A stretch of 62,545 bases of DNA, filler included, from Choristocarpus tenellus KU-1152 (Eukaryota; Protista; Phaeophyceae), in the NCBI GenBank assembly GCA_964200185.2. It is 12 parts of 12 records of this genome, joined end to end, with 100 filler letters (N's around TTAATTAATTAA, not from the genome) between each part and the next. Parts side by side here need not be neighbours in the genome. Positions count along the whole stretch, not along the records: positions 20,537 to 29,916 come from CAXNAD020003731.1; positions 30,017 to 33,017 come from CAXNAD020023027.1; positions 33,118 to 35,753 come from CAXNAD020026078.1; positions 35,854 to 46,575 come from CAXNAD020002758.1; 8 more parts are not named here. One strand, given 5' to 3'. The translations under genes were made by a program, and so were the position numbers. Below are positions 22,971 through 36,100 of the stretch, in pieces; the stretch's first letter is position 1, and the number at the start of each line of letters is the position of its first letter. Under the pieces are notes generated by a model, which was not told the origin of the DNA, ran no database searches, and saw only the letters and a program-made list of their open reading frames with translations.

Positions 22971-24292
22971 GTTTCAAGTGCAAGGTGCCTTCTTGGCATC
23001 TCCCCATATATCCACCTCATCCAAACGCTATGGGAGATGACGAGGAGTTGCACATTGTTGGAGGGCAGGAAGTTGGGTATGATCTTATTTGGACTATCCT
23101 TTTGACCAGGGGCTGAGACCTCTCAGAGTAATGTGAAGAATAGCAATATTTGTTAAGCGAAGCTTTCAATTAATCATATACGAGTGATTTATTTATTTTT
23201 GTGTTCCGTGAGAGACCTCCCAATGAGATCCCTGTGCAAAATAGGTAGGTAGGCAGGTAGGTAGTGCAGAATGGGCTCTATATCGTAAGTAAATACTGAT
23301 AAATGCAGTATGGCAGTGCCGAACCTGCTCTGTTTTACACAATGGTGAGCTGTGTGATCAACATCACCTGTTTACGTTTCCACAACAATCTTAATCAGAT
23401 TCATCCTCTGGATATACTTGACTCTGCTTGCACCCAATACCACATACACGGCAGACTACTATCCCTCAGGTGATATTTGACGTGGTTTGCGCCGAGTACC
23501 CTCTGCAACCGATGTTCACTATAGCATTACCACACTGTTTTCCCCTCTTTTTGCACTCATTGCTCCCAGTGTGACGAGATCCTTCGGGATGTGCCAGAAA
23601 TTGTTGTGCATCCCAACAAAAACGTACTTGTTTTGTGACATACTTCCCGCTACTCAAAGTGGACAATGTGAGGTGTACATTCAAGTTGTACGTGGGTGCA
23701 TGAGGGAAAGGACTTTCCCCAGACCTTTAAACATGTATGGGAAATGGTGATGGTTGGAGAACATGATTTGTTTGTTTAATTATGCTGCCTGGGAAGAACA
23801 TGACCTTCGATTCCTTCATTGCGATGTTTGGATTTCCCTGTTACTCACTTTGAAGGTCAAATTTATGCACAGACACCACAGTTACACATGCATTTGTACG
23901 CTAGGTCAGTTATCAAACTTTGCACATGTAGGCACAGACCCCACCCACCACACCTCAACAATGCTCACCCTTTCTCTCCAGCCAAAAAATAGCTCATCCC
24001 TGCTACCCAGTCACAGCTCCCTCCTTCCTGTGCCTTTCTTCCTTCTGCGACTAGAGCACCGTCTCTGCTGCGTGGTGGAGCTTCTCCTCTCCTATTCCCC
24101 CAAAAACAGGCCACACAGGATCCCCTGTTCCCTTCTTTCTTCTTTCCTGTCGTTGCAACTCCAGCACGGTCCCCTCCTCATTCCCCACCAACGCAGTCCC
24201 CCCCAAGTTACTCACTCAAAGCATTGCATCCGGCAGTACCTCATCCTGGCTGGCCATAGAAAGTTGGCAGTAGCCCGTGATGACTGTTGCAA
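22971..24292 (+). other. Cluster of probable exons of an unidentified gene
   Basis: Several pyrimidine-tract/AG acceptors (22970, 23569, ~24164) and GT donors with open frames (e.g. CDEILRDVPEIVVHPNKN). No unique phase-consistent model could be fixed. Confidence 0.3.
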
Positions 24293-24596
24293 GTGAGACG
24301 CAGAAGTACAAACTAACAAGGGGATTATCATTTGACAGCATCATCGCAATATGTTAATCCAAGGCGTATAATCTCAAAACGGGTGTAGTTTTGTTGACAA
24401 ATCTTAGAGGAACCAAGCATGTGAAGCAACGTTGTTGTGAGAAACGCCCAGGGGAAAAAGAAAGAGCAAAATCATAAACACATAATAGTTTGAGGAGGCA
24501 CAGAAAGAAAGCAGCAATCCAATAGAGGCAGGCCAAACTCCCACCCTAATCTCCTCGGATCTTGCAGCTGGGTCAACTACCATCCCCTCAAATAAC

Positions 24597-24854
24597 GAGT
24601 CAAAGTATATACAAGAGGTATCCAGATTTTGGACGTTTTGCTTTTTAAGACAGCTTTTCACTTTTTTTGCAATTCACGCATTGTTCTATGTATTAAGTGC
24701 TAAGTTTGACGAGAGTGTTGATTTTATCCATTGTTCGAGAGTCTTGGACATAATTCAGTATCGTACATGCAATTGTGATAAGATCAAATTTTGCGCATGT
24801 TTGTCAGCATCCTTAAAAAAAAAAACTCTAGGTACCTCTCGTTTGCTTTGACTC
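24597..24854 (+). mobile_element. MITE family C (about 260 bp)
   Basis: GAGTCAAAGTATATACAAGAGGTA...TACCTCTCGTTTGCTTTGACTC; body matches 48917-49182 and the reverse complement of 48199-48458. Confidence 0.8.
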
Positions 24855-25160
24855 GATGTTGATCAACAAAAAATGGTTGGGCTATGGGTAGGAAATTTTA
24901 TTTATCCTGTGTAATATGTAGTAATACATCTGTGGAAAGTAGGTTTGGTTTGTCTATTGTCATACCGTTTCTTCCTATACCATACATAATCGCATATTTA
25001 TTTTTAAATGCCCTCTGATGTTTTGCAGATGTGTCAGGGGAAAGATCAATTCAATATCATAAGGATCCCTGTAAGAGTAACAGCTGTCGTAAATATGAAA
25101 GATATCTCTCTAAAATCTATTTACTATTTGGCTAAAAGCTATGCTTCACCACTCACCTCC

Positions 25161-25450
25161 TATTATGCCTCCAACCTAGCTTAGCCCTATACCACAGGGC
25201 GAGGAGCTAGGGAACCATCCCAAGTATCTGACAGCCCCCTCTTTGCTCATCTCCCTGGTATGTCCAGCTTAAAACGCATGGCACATCTTGATATAGCCAC
25301 TTGTGTTGTGATATACACTACTGTCGTAAACGGGATTTGACAGCTCCTTTCCTACTGTAGCCTCCCCCCCCCCTCTCCCCCCGACCACGTGCGTAGCCAA
25401 CTGATCCAGAAAACTTTCTGTTTGCTTACCGAGGTGCCCAAAACTTTCTG
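25161..25450 (+). repeat. Dispersed repeat (about 290 bp), second copy at 52211-52492
   Basis: Shared blocks TTGCTCATCTCCCTGGT...CCAGCTT.AAACGCATGGCAC...GGGATTTGACAGC...GCGTAGC.AA...TTGCTTAC.GAGG...CCAAAACTTTC. Confidence 0.8.
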
Positions 25451-28400
25451 AACATTGATTCTGTCTCGTTCGATGAAGCTAAAGGGGAGTTACGTCAAGC
25501 TTTCAGTAAGCAAATGTTTTCCAAGTGTCTTATCTTTTAGGCCTTTGTGTTTGTTATAGATCGGCATTTTGTTGTATACTTTGCCAGATATACTCTAGGT
25601 TGAAGTAGAAAATCCTATAGATCTTGGTACCAAGCCTATCGATAGGAACCCGTACAGAACAACACCCTGTACTCGAGAGGCTATTTACTTGCGTGCTTTC
25701 ACTCTGGAGGAGAAAGACAAACTTGAAACACGTGGCAGCGCTTGGGGCAGTCCTATGACTATCGTAGCCAAGTCTGATACCTTTCCGCCTTTCTTTGTAA
25801 ACTACTGCTCGACTGTTAACGAACACCTTGTTACAAAGACTTGGCCTATGCCAGATATGGAGTCACGTATTGATACTGTGGGTGGTGCCAAATTTATCAC
25901 CGTTTGTTATATTCAGAGTGCGTATAGACAGATTCCAGTTTCTGAAGCTGATATGGATAAGATCGCTTTTGTCATCAACAAAGGAAAATGTGTTTTACGA
26001 TTATGCCATTTGAGATCTTAAATGTTTCTCGGCAGTTGCAGAGAATATCATGTCGTTAGCCTTTGCCAACTTTGGGCCGCTCAGAGGTTTGCTGGTTTAC
26101 AATGATCTTTTATTGCTTGTTCGCCTATGCGGAGAGGATATTTGCACTTATTAGAGTAGCAGTTCAAAGCTTAGCAAGCACCAGGCTTAATTTTGGAATT
26201 ACCAAAGATTCAAATTTGAGCCTAAAGAAGTCTGCTATCTGGGTCACGTTTTGTCGTCTGATGGGATTCGTATGGATGAATATCGGGTTTGTGCCATCAC
26301 TGAATTACCTAAACCCACCACTATGAAATAGCGTCAATCTGTCCTGGTTTAGTTCTTTTATGCATATGTTTATGCCCAACCTAGCCACAGTAATCAAACC
26401 GTTAGTTAATCTTACCAAGAAAGGCGTTGGTAAGAGTATTGTTAAAGAATGGGGAATTTACCAAGGTGTGGCATTGTTGAAAGTGAAACAATTGCTCACC
26501 GTAGGCCCACTTCTCGTATTACTGACCTTGGAGTTCCTCATTCATGTTGATGCCAGCGTGAGTCTTAGCATAAACCCGAGCTGATAGTCTTAATGGTTAG
26601 GTATCATTACTCACTTCAACACAAATTAATTGAAGCTCGATGTCACTGTTCAAGCTACATAGAGAGAGTGCAGACGTTGCCGCTATTAAATACTGGTCTG
26701 TCCATATCTCTGGGGTAGACATTTTACCTGCAGTACAGACATGTCGCATTGTGCTACTTGTATAGAATGCAGCATACCAGTACCTTTCTTGCTCGTTGGG
26801 CTATCGCGCTTCAAGCTTATGCTTTCACTGCCAAACACAAGCTATCTTGTATTTTCAAGTTTGAGGAAAAAGGAAAATCCGTTGCTCCAATGGTGGCACC
26901 CATCTGTCGTGATGTACGAAGTGTAAATCGTTCATATGCCACACGTGTTCAATAGGGATACAGGTTATCTACTTTAAACTTAGACCAAGCATTGACCCCC
27001 CAAAGTGATCATGAACTATTTTAGGTAGTCCCATTGCTGTATTTCCCACAGTGGAACCGTAGGAATTACAAGGAGTAGGAGTTCAGGTTCGGACATACTT
27101 CAGGTTACAACAGCACCCACTGTTGGCCCACCACCCGATAAAAGGGAGCGACTACATCTATGTCTCGTTTTTTCCCCTTTGTAAATGCTTGCTATATTTT
27201 TCGTATTTACCGGATCATCTTTGTAAGAGGAGCAGGTTTAAAGCACATTTCGAGACTAGGTGGTAATTATTTGCTCGTTAGTTCGTATTGGACTCCATGG
27301 TTGTCATGATCTTCCATTGTCAAAAGGCCAATTAGGTGTTTCAAACCTACGTTTGACATAGTTAGAGACTCGTACTGGTGGCCAACATTCTGCATCAATG
27401 TTCTTACACGGTGCCATGATTGCCAGGTATGCCAAACGTGTAAGATCCCTCATAACAAAGATGCTCTTTGCACTGGTCACATGCCCGTTGACACGTTGTA
27501 TCCCACACTGGACTCCCAGTTAAGCCGATCTACAATCTGCTTTGTCAGAGGAAAATATTTCCCTTTGTGTGAATATATGGTATTGATGTTACAAGAAACT
27601 TGTGGACTCAATGCCATTTACTGAAGAAGCTGTACCATGTGGGATTTGCAATGTCTACATGGATAACCAGAAAATAATACTATCATTGTGTCACAAGTCA
27701 TGTGGTACATGAACGAATCCTATATAACCAGGTCCTTACAATAATTGATGTAGGGGTAGAACTAAATATTGTAAATAAGTAAATATGGAAACACACAACT
27801 GGCTCTACCTCTGCTGATCTACTCCACCAGTGGTGTCCGTTGCGCATTAGCATCACCATCTACGAACACCACACACTCTTTCAAATGGTTGCTATGATCT
27901 GGTAGAATACAAAACACGTTCCCCAGCAACAGATGGTGTCATGAGCTCTTTGTCTTCTCTGCCATTCATCATCTCACTAGTTTGGTTGTGGTGTGCCCGG
28001 TTGTGGACAAAGGGGTTGCAAAAGTTGCTCGTATACTGGTAGACACATGTATCTTCAATTTCCATATGCTGGTAAAACATGTGTTTTCAATGTCGGTCCA
28101 CCAGAGTTAATCGTTTCAATCAAGGTACGGAATTTGGAAACGGTATTGTGGCTGAGTTGCAACTGTCTTTGATTACAAGAAAACCAAAACACTCCGTTTA
28201 TCACCCCGAAGGAAATCCTGTGTTAGAGAGAGTACATGCTATGTTGCATTCTATGCTAGCAATGTACTTTTCAGTTGGCGAGGATAACTGGGGATGGTTA
28301 CTGCCTTATACAGTTAGCCCATGATCCAGCTTTCAGTGCAAAGTTGCATGAAACCCCGACTTTCCTGCTGTTTGGAAGACAAGGCTGTTTACCCTGTGAT

Positions 28401-29040
28401 ATTATCCTTCACCTAATAATAACTGATTAGATGTTGCTACTGAAGAGTTTACTCGGCGAACCAAATATAATTTATAGCTTGCATTTTAGTTGGCACGCGG
28501 AAACCTCCTTGAAGACGTTGAGAACCAGTAACGTGCAAACCAACATTTCGTGTCTCCAGTTTTCAGACCTGGTGACAAAGTTCTAATCCGTAGGCTACAC
28601 GAGGGTGCTGATGGTTCGAATCCAAAGTTGCTTCTCCCTTAGGAGAGGTCCGTATAAAGTGCATTTCAAGGTATCATCCATCTTGTAAAGGGTTGTAATA
28701 CCTGGAAAACACATTGTTTTTACGTTAATTGGGTAGAATGGAACGTTACTATACACAAGTCCAACCTCTCAGACCAAACTTCAATGAACTGGATTATTCG
28801 TTTCTAAAAAAAACGTTGCCTTCACCGGACGTAGACCATGAAGGCCCTCAGCTCAGTACTGGCCAGTGCACTACTGATAGTATTGTTGAACATAGACCTC
28901 GTCCTGGTCGTCGTTCGACCACAAATACTATATTTCGGCTTTGTCTTTCTGGCTATGGATCCTCTCGTGACCTTCGTGAGAGAAAGTTCAACAAATCTCA
29001 CAATGTCGCGAAATGATCGCAGCCTGTCGTGCAATAAATG
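25450..29040 (+). mobile_element. Decayed Ty3/gypsy LTR-retrotransposon pol (RT, RNase H, integrase)
   Basis: AWGSPMTIVAK...TWPMPDMESRIDTVGGAKFIT...AYRQIPVSEADMDKIAF (RT); FLIHVDAS and LARWAIALQAY (RNase H); YWWPT..C..C and YHPEGNPVLERVHAML (integrase). Domain order RT-RH-IN; many stops and frameshifts; no LTRs identified. Confidence 0.9.
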
Positions 29041-29859
29041 GATTGTATATAATCACTAGAATTCTCATCCCACACAGTGTTGACCTGAGATTTCGTATAT
29101 TTACTGGTGCCTACTCCTTTGTATAGTCTGTATATCTTGATTGCCGTAACAGTTTAGAAACTATAATCTATGTGAAGAGTATCGTGTCTGGTACATATCT
29201 CTGTAAATCTTGCTCATGGCTCATTTGTCTTGGCCCAGATCTCGTGTTACCCACATACAATAATCCTTGCACAGGTTAACAATCTTGTCTGGCAATCGTT
29301 TGCATGTCATATGGTCATAGATGAGTATAGTATCTACTATATTGTAAAGTGATGAGAGAACTGGTAAAAGATCTCAGTCAACTCTGTTTACGACCAGTTT
29401 CGACTTGTCATATCGACTTTAGACAAGTCTATCAACCATTTGGAACTACTGTTGTACATGTCTGTTGGTGGGAGTGTAGATACATTTACAATATGATTAT
29501 ATTTTTCTCTTAAATCTCCTCATTTCCAATGAACAAATGCGACAGTGGAGATAATGTCCATTACTCAGTACATTGTTTGAAATTGTGTGTGATAGAGGTT
29601 GATGTTCATCTACATAATGTCTTTTTTTCAATTAAATGTATTAATTGTTCACCATTACATGACCTAACCTCGACAATGACAAAGATTCGAGTTCACCTCC
29701 AAGTATGTGATGGAGACTTAGGCCAGTCATATATATTCTTTATTTTTTAATTGCATGATCCATCCGACATGATGCACCGACTCTGGTATTGCATTGAGAG
29801 TTGAGGCCGCCAACACCGTTTTCGTCCTAGTATATACCTTGGATTTATTGTTGTGGTGA

Positions 29860-29916
29860 GAGCCAAAGTATCTTAGAGGGTAGAGCCGCGTCCATTTGGG
29901 GATCAAAATACAATGT
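29860..29916 (+). mobile_element. MITE family A, left part truncated by contig end
   Basis: GAGCCAAAGTATCTTAGAGGGTAGAGCCGCGTCCATTTGGGG. Confidence 0.8.
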
Positions 29917-30506
29917 NNNNNNNNNNNNNNNNNNNNNNNNNNNNNNNNNNNNNNNNNNNNTTAATTAATTAANNNNNNNNNNNNNNNNNNNNNNNNNNNN
30001 NNNNNNNNNNNNNNNNTGGTTAATAAGGGGCCCCCCCCTTTTTTCCCCATACCCCCCCCCCCCCCCCCCCCCCCAAAGAGTGCTCCTGTTTTGCATGCGA
30101 GGCTACTTACACTGCACTATTCTATTACTCAAGGGGGCTGACAATATGTACCATCCATATTTCTGCCCTCTCCTCTCCTCTCCTCTCCTCCCCTTCACCT
30201 CGCTCATCGCTTGACTGTGGGTGGTAGCTTACAGTCCACAACAGGCAAGAGGAACCCCCCACCCTGAGGTGCAACACACCCTGTGAATACATGCTGGAGT
30301 CTCGGCATACAGTGCACATGATCTTAACAGTGTACACATGTAGAACACAAACACACATACATCCACCTTTCCCTTGAGCCAAGGCCACAAGCCATACCTG
30401 AAAAGGGCACAGAGCAAAACACACACACTCTGCTCACCCTAACCCTCCACCCCCTTTTCCAACTCTGTTCCCGACAATACATAACGTCTTACTAAAAAGA
30501 GAAAAC

Positions 30507-32513
30507 TCATATGTCGTCAAAATCAATGCCAATGTCGTCCTCAGCACCCTCGCCTTCCATGGCAATATCAACAGCTGTCTCATTGATTCTTGCATGTTCA
30601 GGAAGCTCCCCGTATTGCTTCAGGTTCCGGGCCTCGTCTGCATTGTACCTGTGGATTATGTCCACCTGTATAGCAAAATTCCAATATTGTATTAAACTTA
30701 TTCACACACCTCATTCTTATGAGCTGTAGGCGAGGGAAGGACCAGTGAAAAAACCTGAGGGTGAAATAAACTGTTAATTCTAACACTATACATACAAAAT
30801 ACAGTGCACAACTTGGAACATTACCCAAACTCAGCATTGTAGACCCATTCGCCACACAGAATTTTCTACACAATGGATGATACATGCAATCCTTCTACCA
30901 GATGATAAACATCAACAGAGGAAAACAGTTCATACCTCACCATTAACAATGTCACCTGCAATCTGAACATGGAGGGTTAGGGTTAGGGGACCCCAACAAA
31001 ACAAGTACTACCTTGTCTGACCAGTGCTACATGATACGCTCTCCACATCAGAACGATAAAGACCTGTGATAAACCTAACTGATAGTAGCACTAGTAAAAC
31101 ACCTGCCAAGATGTGTTAACCTATAGCAAACATGAAAATCTGGACAAAAGGCATCAACACCTCAAGTCTTCAAAGACCACACCTCTTCATCAAAAACAGC
31201 CCCAAACAACCAACAGCAGTACCTTGTACCTTACCTACAAAATCACACTTTCCACAGTATCTCAAAGTGCACAAATATACACATCTCATCAAACACAAAT
31301 TGTTCCACATCACAAATCTCCCTTTACCCTATACTCTATCCACACACTCCCAAACATTAACCTAAAATTCCTTTCTAACCTTGAAAGTGCCTGTTTACAT
31401 ATGAAAGCAGTTTTGGGGGTACACCCTTCTAGCTCATTCCAGCAAGATACTATACAATAGTACACAATGAGATAGTTTACTGTAACTATGTGTGTATCAT
31501 ACAACGCGAAAACTTACAACTGCACTTGATTTTTCTTCTTTTTCCCCATTACACTCAATGTACAACACATATCCAGGTAGTTACAATACAATACAAACTG
31601 AATATGAATTCTTTTTTTTTTAATTAAAAATATTTCGGTATGCTGCCCGGAAAAAAAAGGTTCACACTTTTTAGACACTTTTTTTTTGTACAGGATGTCT
31701 GATGGAATCGGACGCCAGCGGTTTCAGGCTTAAAAGTAGAATTCGCCAACCACCCCACCCAAGACTCCCAACTCGTCTCAATTGAGGAAACCAACACAGG
31801 TGCATAGGGCAGTAAGAGTGTACCAACAGGTAAAAAAGACACCTACCTGAAAAACAATTCATCTGTCATGAGATGACAAATACACGATCATGGGACTCTC
31901 TCGAGCAGGGCTGCCACAACCCTCTACATATGTCTCAAAAGCTTCACAAATCTAGTACTTACACATCCATATACAGCCACAACAAAAATCCCACTCACAC
32001 TACACAAAATTTTTAACAAAAATTCCCGTTTTCTTCCCTTCGACAAAAATAACAAAAATCACAAAAATGAAGGTGTTTCAATAGCATCTTACTTCTAAAC
32101 AATGATACGACCCACCCCAGAGCAACAGCCCTCACCAAAATGGACTCACATATTATCATTACCAACACCGCCTTCCATCCAATAAAGCACCTTACATCAC
32201 CAATCATCTCCATTCCAAAATCAAATCAAATCGAGAGGAGCCGGGGCGCGCACCACACTCAACAATCCCCCTTTGAAGCAACACTCTCCCTCAGGACACC
32301 ATTTCCATAAACACGCCACCGAGATAACACTAGCCGTGCTAACAGCCCTGCCCCTCTCACCTTGTCATCCTGGTAGTCCCTCTTTCCCACCAAAACAATA
32401 TCCCCTGCGCTGACCCAGACCTTCTTACGCATCTTTCCCCTGATATGTCCCAGTCTTGTAACCCCGTCGTAGCAATAGCACTCCGCGCGCCCGTTGCCCA
32501 ACATCCGAACCAC
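30507..32513 (-). CDS. EIF1A: Eukaryotic translation initiation factor 1A, last two exons: 32513-32361, 30665-30507 (5' exon(s) not identified, probably beyond the contig end)
   Basis: [51 protein letters not shown]|[29 protein letters not shown]...IDFDDI*. Unmistakable eIF1A OB fold and acidic DI/FDDI tail. Confidence 0.97.
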
Positions 32514-33378
32514 CTGTTACATTAGGTTTTTCAGTAGTGCTCTTGTTTGTTTACATCGCTTTTATCTTTTCGTCTCCCTGCAACGACAAGAAAAAGAAAC
32601 AAACCTCGAGTTGACACATCATCACAAAAAAAATAAAATGAACCGCCCGACCAACAGCGAATGTTCATTTTTTTTGTTTTTTTGTCGCTGGCTGTTTCAC
32701 ACACAAGAGTCTTTTTTCGACAGGTGAAGACCGTCTCACCATCTCACCAAGTCACCAATTGCTAAGTGGACCTTTCGATACGCGGGATATATGTCCAATT
32801 CCGTCTAAAAACATAAACGTATTGTGTACAAGACAGAGGGTCCACGATGTACACTGAGATGGAATTGGACACCACAAGCATGTGATCAAGCCAACACGAA
32901 ACGATTTCGCCTTCAGGACAGGTCAAGAGCAGTCACAATAATCCTGTGGAAATAGCTCTCAAAAGGGGGAAGCAAATCCACTCAAGCGAGTACATTGCTG
33001 TCGCCCCTCCCCCCCCCNNNNNNNNNNNNNNNNNNNNNNNNNNNNNNNNNNNNNNNNNNNNTTAATTAATTAANNNNNNNNNNNNNNNNNNNNNNNNNNN
33101 NNNNNNNNNNNNNNNNNCAACACTTAAGCTAGGATATGGGGAGGAAGGTAATGAAAAGAGGGAGTGGCATCATGATTGCAACAGTAGGTCCCTCTTTCAA
33201 ACGTGGCAATTCAACAATTTGATATTCGAGAACACACGTAAGTTGCGAGCATCACTCACGATAGACATGTAGGAATGCTTCCCGCCTAGACAAAGAAAAT
33301 CTACTCAGCCCCAGAACTCAACGTCCCACTGGCCCAACCATGCTCTATTTTCAGCACTTGCAAACCCCTAATGCATAC

Positions 33379-34440
33379 CCCAAGGTTGAGCCTAGATTCC
33401 TCCACACGTTTTCTGGCTTGCTCTCTCCCATGGTCCCTTGGGTGCAGCTTTGTCGTTACGTGAATATCTCCCCTAGATACCTTTTCTTGTCTACCCTTTC
33501 CATTCGACTCCTTTCCATCCCAATCAATCCCCGCCTTCTCAAGTGCCTGTCCGACGTCGTTTTCTCGATACCACTCCCAAGCCTTGGGGTTGTGATCATG
33601 AGATGGAGGACATGCCATACAAGGTAGCGAAAGTTGAAGAATGAGTTGCGATAGTTGGGGTCCCGTGGAAGGTGTAAGTGAAATAGGTTTCACAATAAGC
33701 TCTACTACAGAGGTATATCTTCGGGGGTTGAAGAGGTACAGTAGTGGGGCTTTCCAGAGAGGTAGGGGGGGTAAGGAGAAGAGGATTGCCACACAGAGAT
33801 GTGAATGGATCTCTCCATCTCTTAGCAAACGAGTTGTTTGTTGTAACACTTATCCACTCGACAAGCATTAAATTAAAGCGTGGTGGTCGTGACTTTCACC
33901 TTAGCTCTAGAACGACGGCATAACTGGATATAGGTGCTGCTGAGGAATGCCCAATGAAGGAACACACACCTGCGCTGTGTCGAAGTGACGATACCCGACT
34001 TCCAATGCGAGGCTAACAGCGGACTCAGTTGTTCCTCCCAGACCTGCGGTGCCAAACCCTATCCTCGGAACTACATCGACAAGAGGGTGTGTGCAAAGGT
34101 TCAAGAGGCAACGTCGGACCATACTAACCTAGTATAGTTATCTTGGTCCAAAAAAAAATTGAGCGATGATCCTTTCCTTGCTCAGATGGTATGGAGCTAT
34201 GGTTTTATTCTCATTTATTACTGCTCTTCCACCCCTGCATTACAGCTGACTCTATTGGTGGGAGATATAAAGCACAGACTCGCCTGTGTTGCCGTTGTTC
34301 AACATAAAGCGGAGAGGGAGACCTGTTGGTGAGGAACTGGCTTGGCACGCATTGTTCTCCTCTACCTCAATTGCGAAGGATATCTTTGCCGCCAACACAT
34401 AAGAAGCAAGGGCTATTATGCTGGCCGATAGTAAACTCAT
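33379..34440 (-). CDS. Aldo-keto reductase with N-terminal signal peptide, first three exons: 34440-34284, 34070-33970, 33582-33379
   Basis: MSLLSASIIALASYVLAAKISFA...MLNNGNT|VPRIGFGTAGL...ALEVGYRHFDTAQ|AWEWYRENDVGQAL...RGDIHVTTKLHP. Catalytic D, Y and K of the AKR tetrad are present. Confidence 0.92.
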
Positions 34441-36100
34441 TGCAATGCCTGAGTCCAAAGCTCAAAACGTTCTGGAGTTTCCTCTATGCTAGAAATTCAA
34501 AAGTAGGTTCATTCCGTATATATGCATCACCTCAAAATAGTGTTCAATATAGGGTTAGGGTTTCGTGACCACATCCCATTTTGAAACCTTTGCTATCTAT
34601 TTCTGTAGTCAAGGAGTAATGTTGGGTCATCCTTGAGAGCAATCTGGCTGTGCTGGACAAGGACCCTCACAGCTCCGTAACACGTTTGAATAATTAACTT
34701 GGAGAAGTGCTGGCGAGTTCTATTTCATACGCTGGGGAGTGTTTGGATGTTTCAAGATGAACGTGATCCTGACCTGACCATTGTACAATCATTGTAGCTT
34801 CTGGGCAATCCTTGGACACTGTCCACTCAACACTGAGGGCTTGGGTGCGCTTCACAGTCCAATGAATCGTCAATGTTCAGACTGGGCATGCGCTGATGAG
34901 AAGTTGAACTTTGACCTGTCATCAGCAGCGAATACAGTTAGTACCCCTGAAACACACCCAGTCGAAAAAAAGGTATGGCCACGCCCTATCGACACACGTC
35001 TTTACGCACCCCGTTTAAAGGGTATATCTGACTACTGTTTTGTGCAACTTACTTCTACTCTATCTCTTTCTGTCTTGCATCCGATATCCCTAACCCCCCA
35101 AGCCTTAAGGAGGAAGATGGAAAGACAAGGTGATCAAGCCTTTCCTCCTTTCCTCCTGTTGCCGGTGTTCTGGATAAGTGATTCTAGATGCACAGAACAT
35201 TCCGGTGTCACCTGGTTCCTTTTTCAACCCCCCTTAGCCTACCCATGTTCGAAATTGAGCCATAATATAACCCATCGCTTGCCTCCTCCTGCCTGATGGT
35301 CCTGATGGACTTGATGCCTTAGGGGTTCTTGTTGATGTGGTTTGGATACCACGTGACAGGCTTCAAGCGTTGGTAGAAGTACTGCCTTGTCGATTCGCGA
35401 CAGAGTTGCCCGACTCTATCGCCTGCACCTCTAGGGATTGTTTCTTCCCTTGCTTCGTATCTGTTTCGATTTCTGTCGATCTATTGTAAGTCACAAGTTT
35501 GTTTGAAGAACGGAAATCAACAATGGTAGAGCGTGCACAAACGTACATACACGCACACAAATGCACCATATGCTTAAAAAAAATGTGCAGTCTGAGTCTA
35601 CGCACCATGCACATGCTGAGTGCACCAGTCACACAGCCTGTGACACCTCCTTGTCCCCTACAGGGATTTGGTCTGAAGAATCGTGGAAATGGAGGTTTCG
35701 GATTGAGGGGGATCGGTCAATTTGATAGAGAGGGAGAGGTGAGATGACCAACTNNNNNNNNNNNNNNNNNNNNNNNNNNNNNNNNNNNNNNNNNNNNTTA
35801 ATTAATTAANNNNNNNNNNNNNNNNNNNNNNNNNNNNNNNNNNNNNNNNNNNNCCCCTCCCCCTCCCCCAGATACTTTGGATCAATTTATCGCATATATA
35901 TTCCGGTAGCGCCTTCCACTCCCCACAAAACCACCTTGCATGGGATAAATGCAGTCCTATTGTTCCTGAAGTATACCCTGTCATAAGTTATAACCTCACC
36001 ACAGTTGGCGAGAAGAGACTGGCAAGACCAACTCCCTCAAATCCGACCAAACAGTAACAACAGTAACAATCGGTATTCTCTCAGCAAATCTAGCGATCAC

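Noticed and set aside
23470-23575. VIFDVVCAEYPLQPMFTIALPHC as a ZU5-like exon
   Set aside because: It overlaps a strong pyrimidine tract/acceptor and needs a weak donor to stay in phase; more likely intron.
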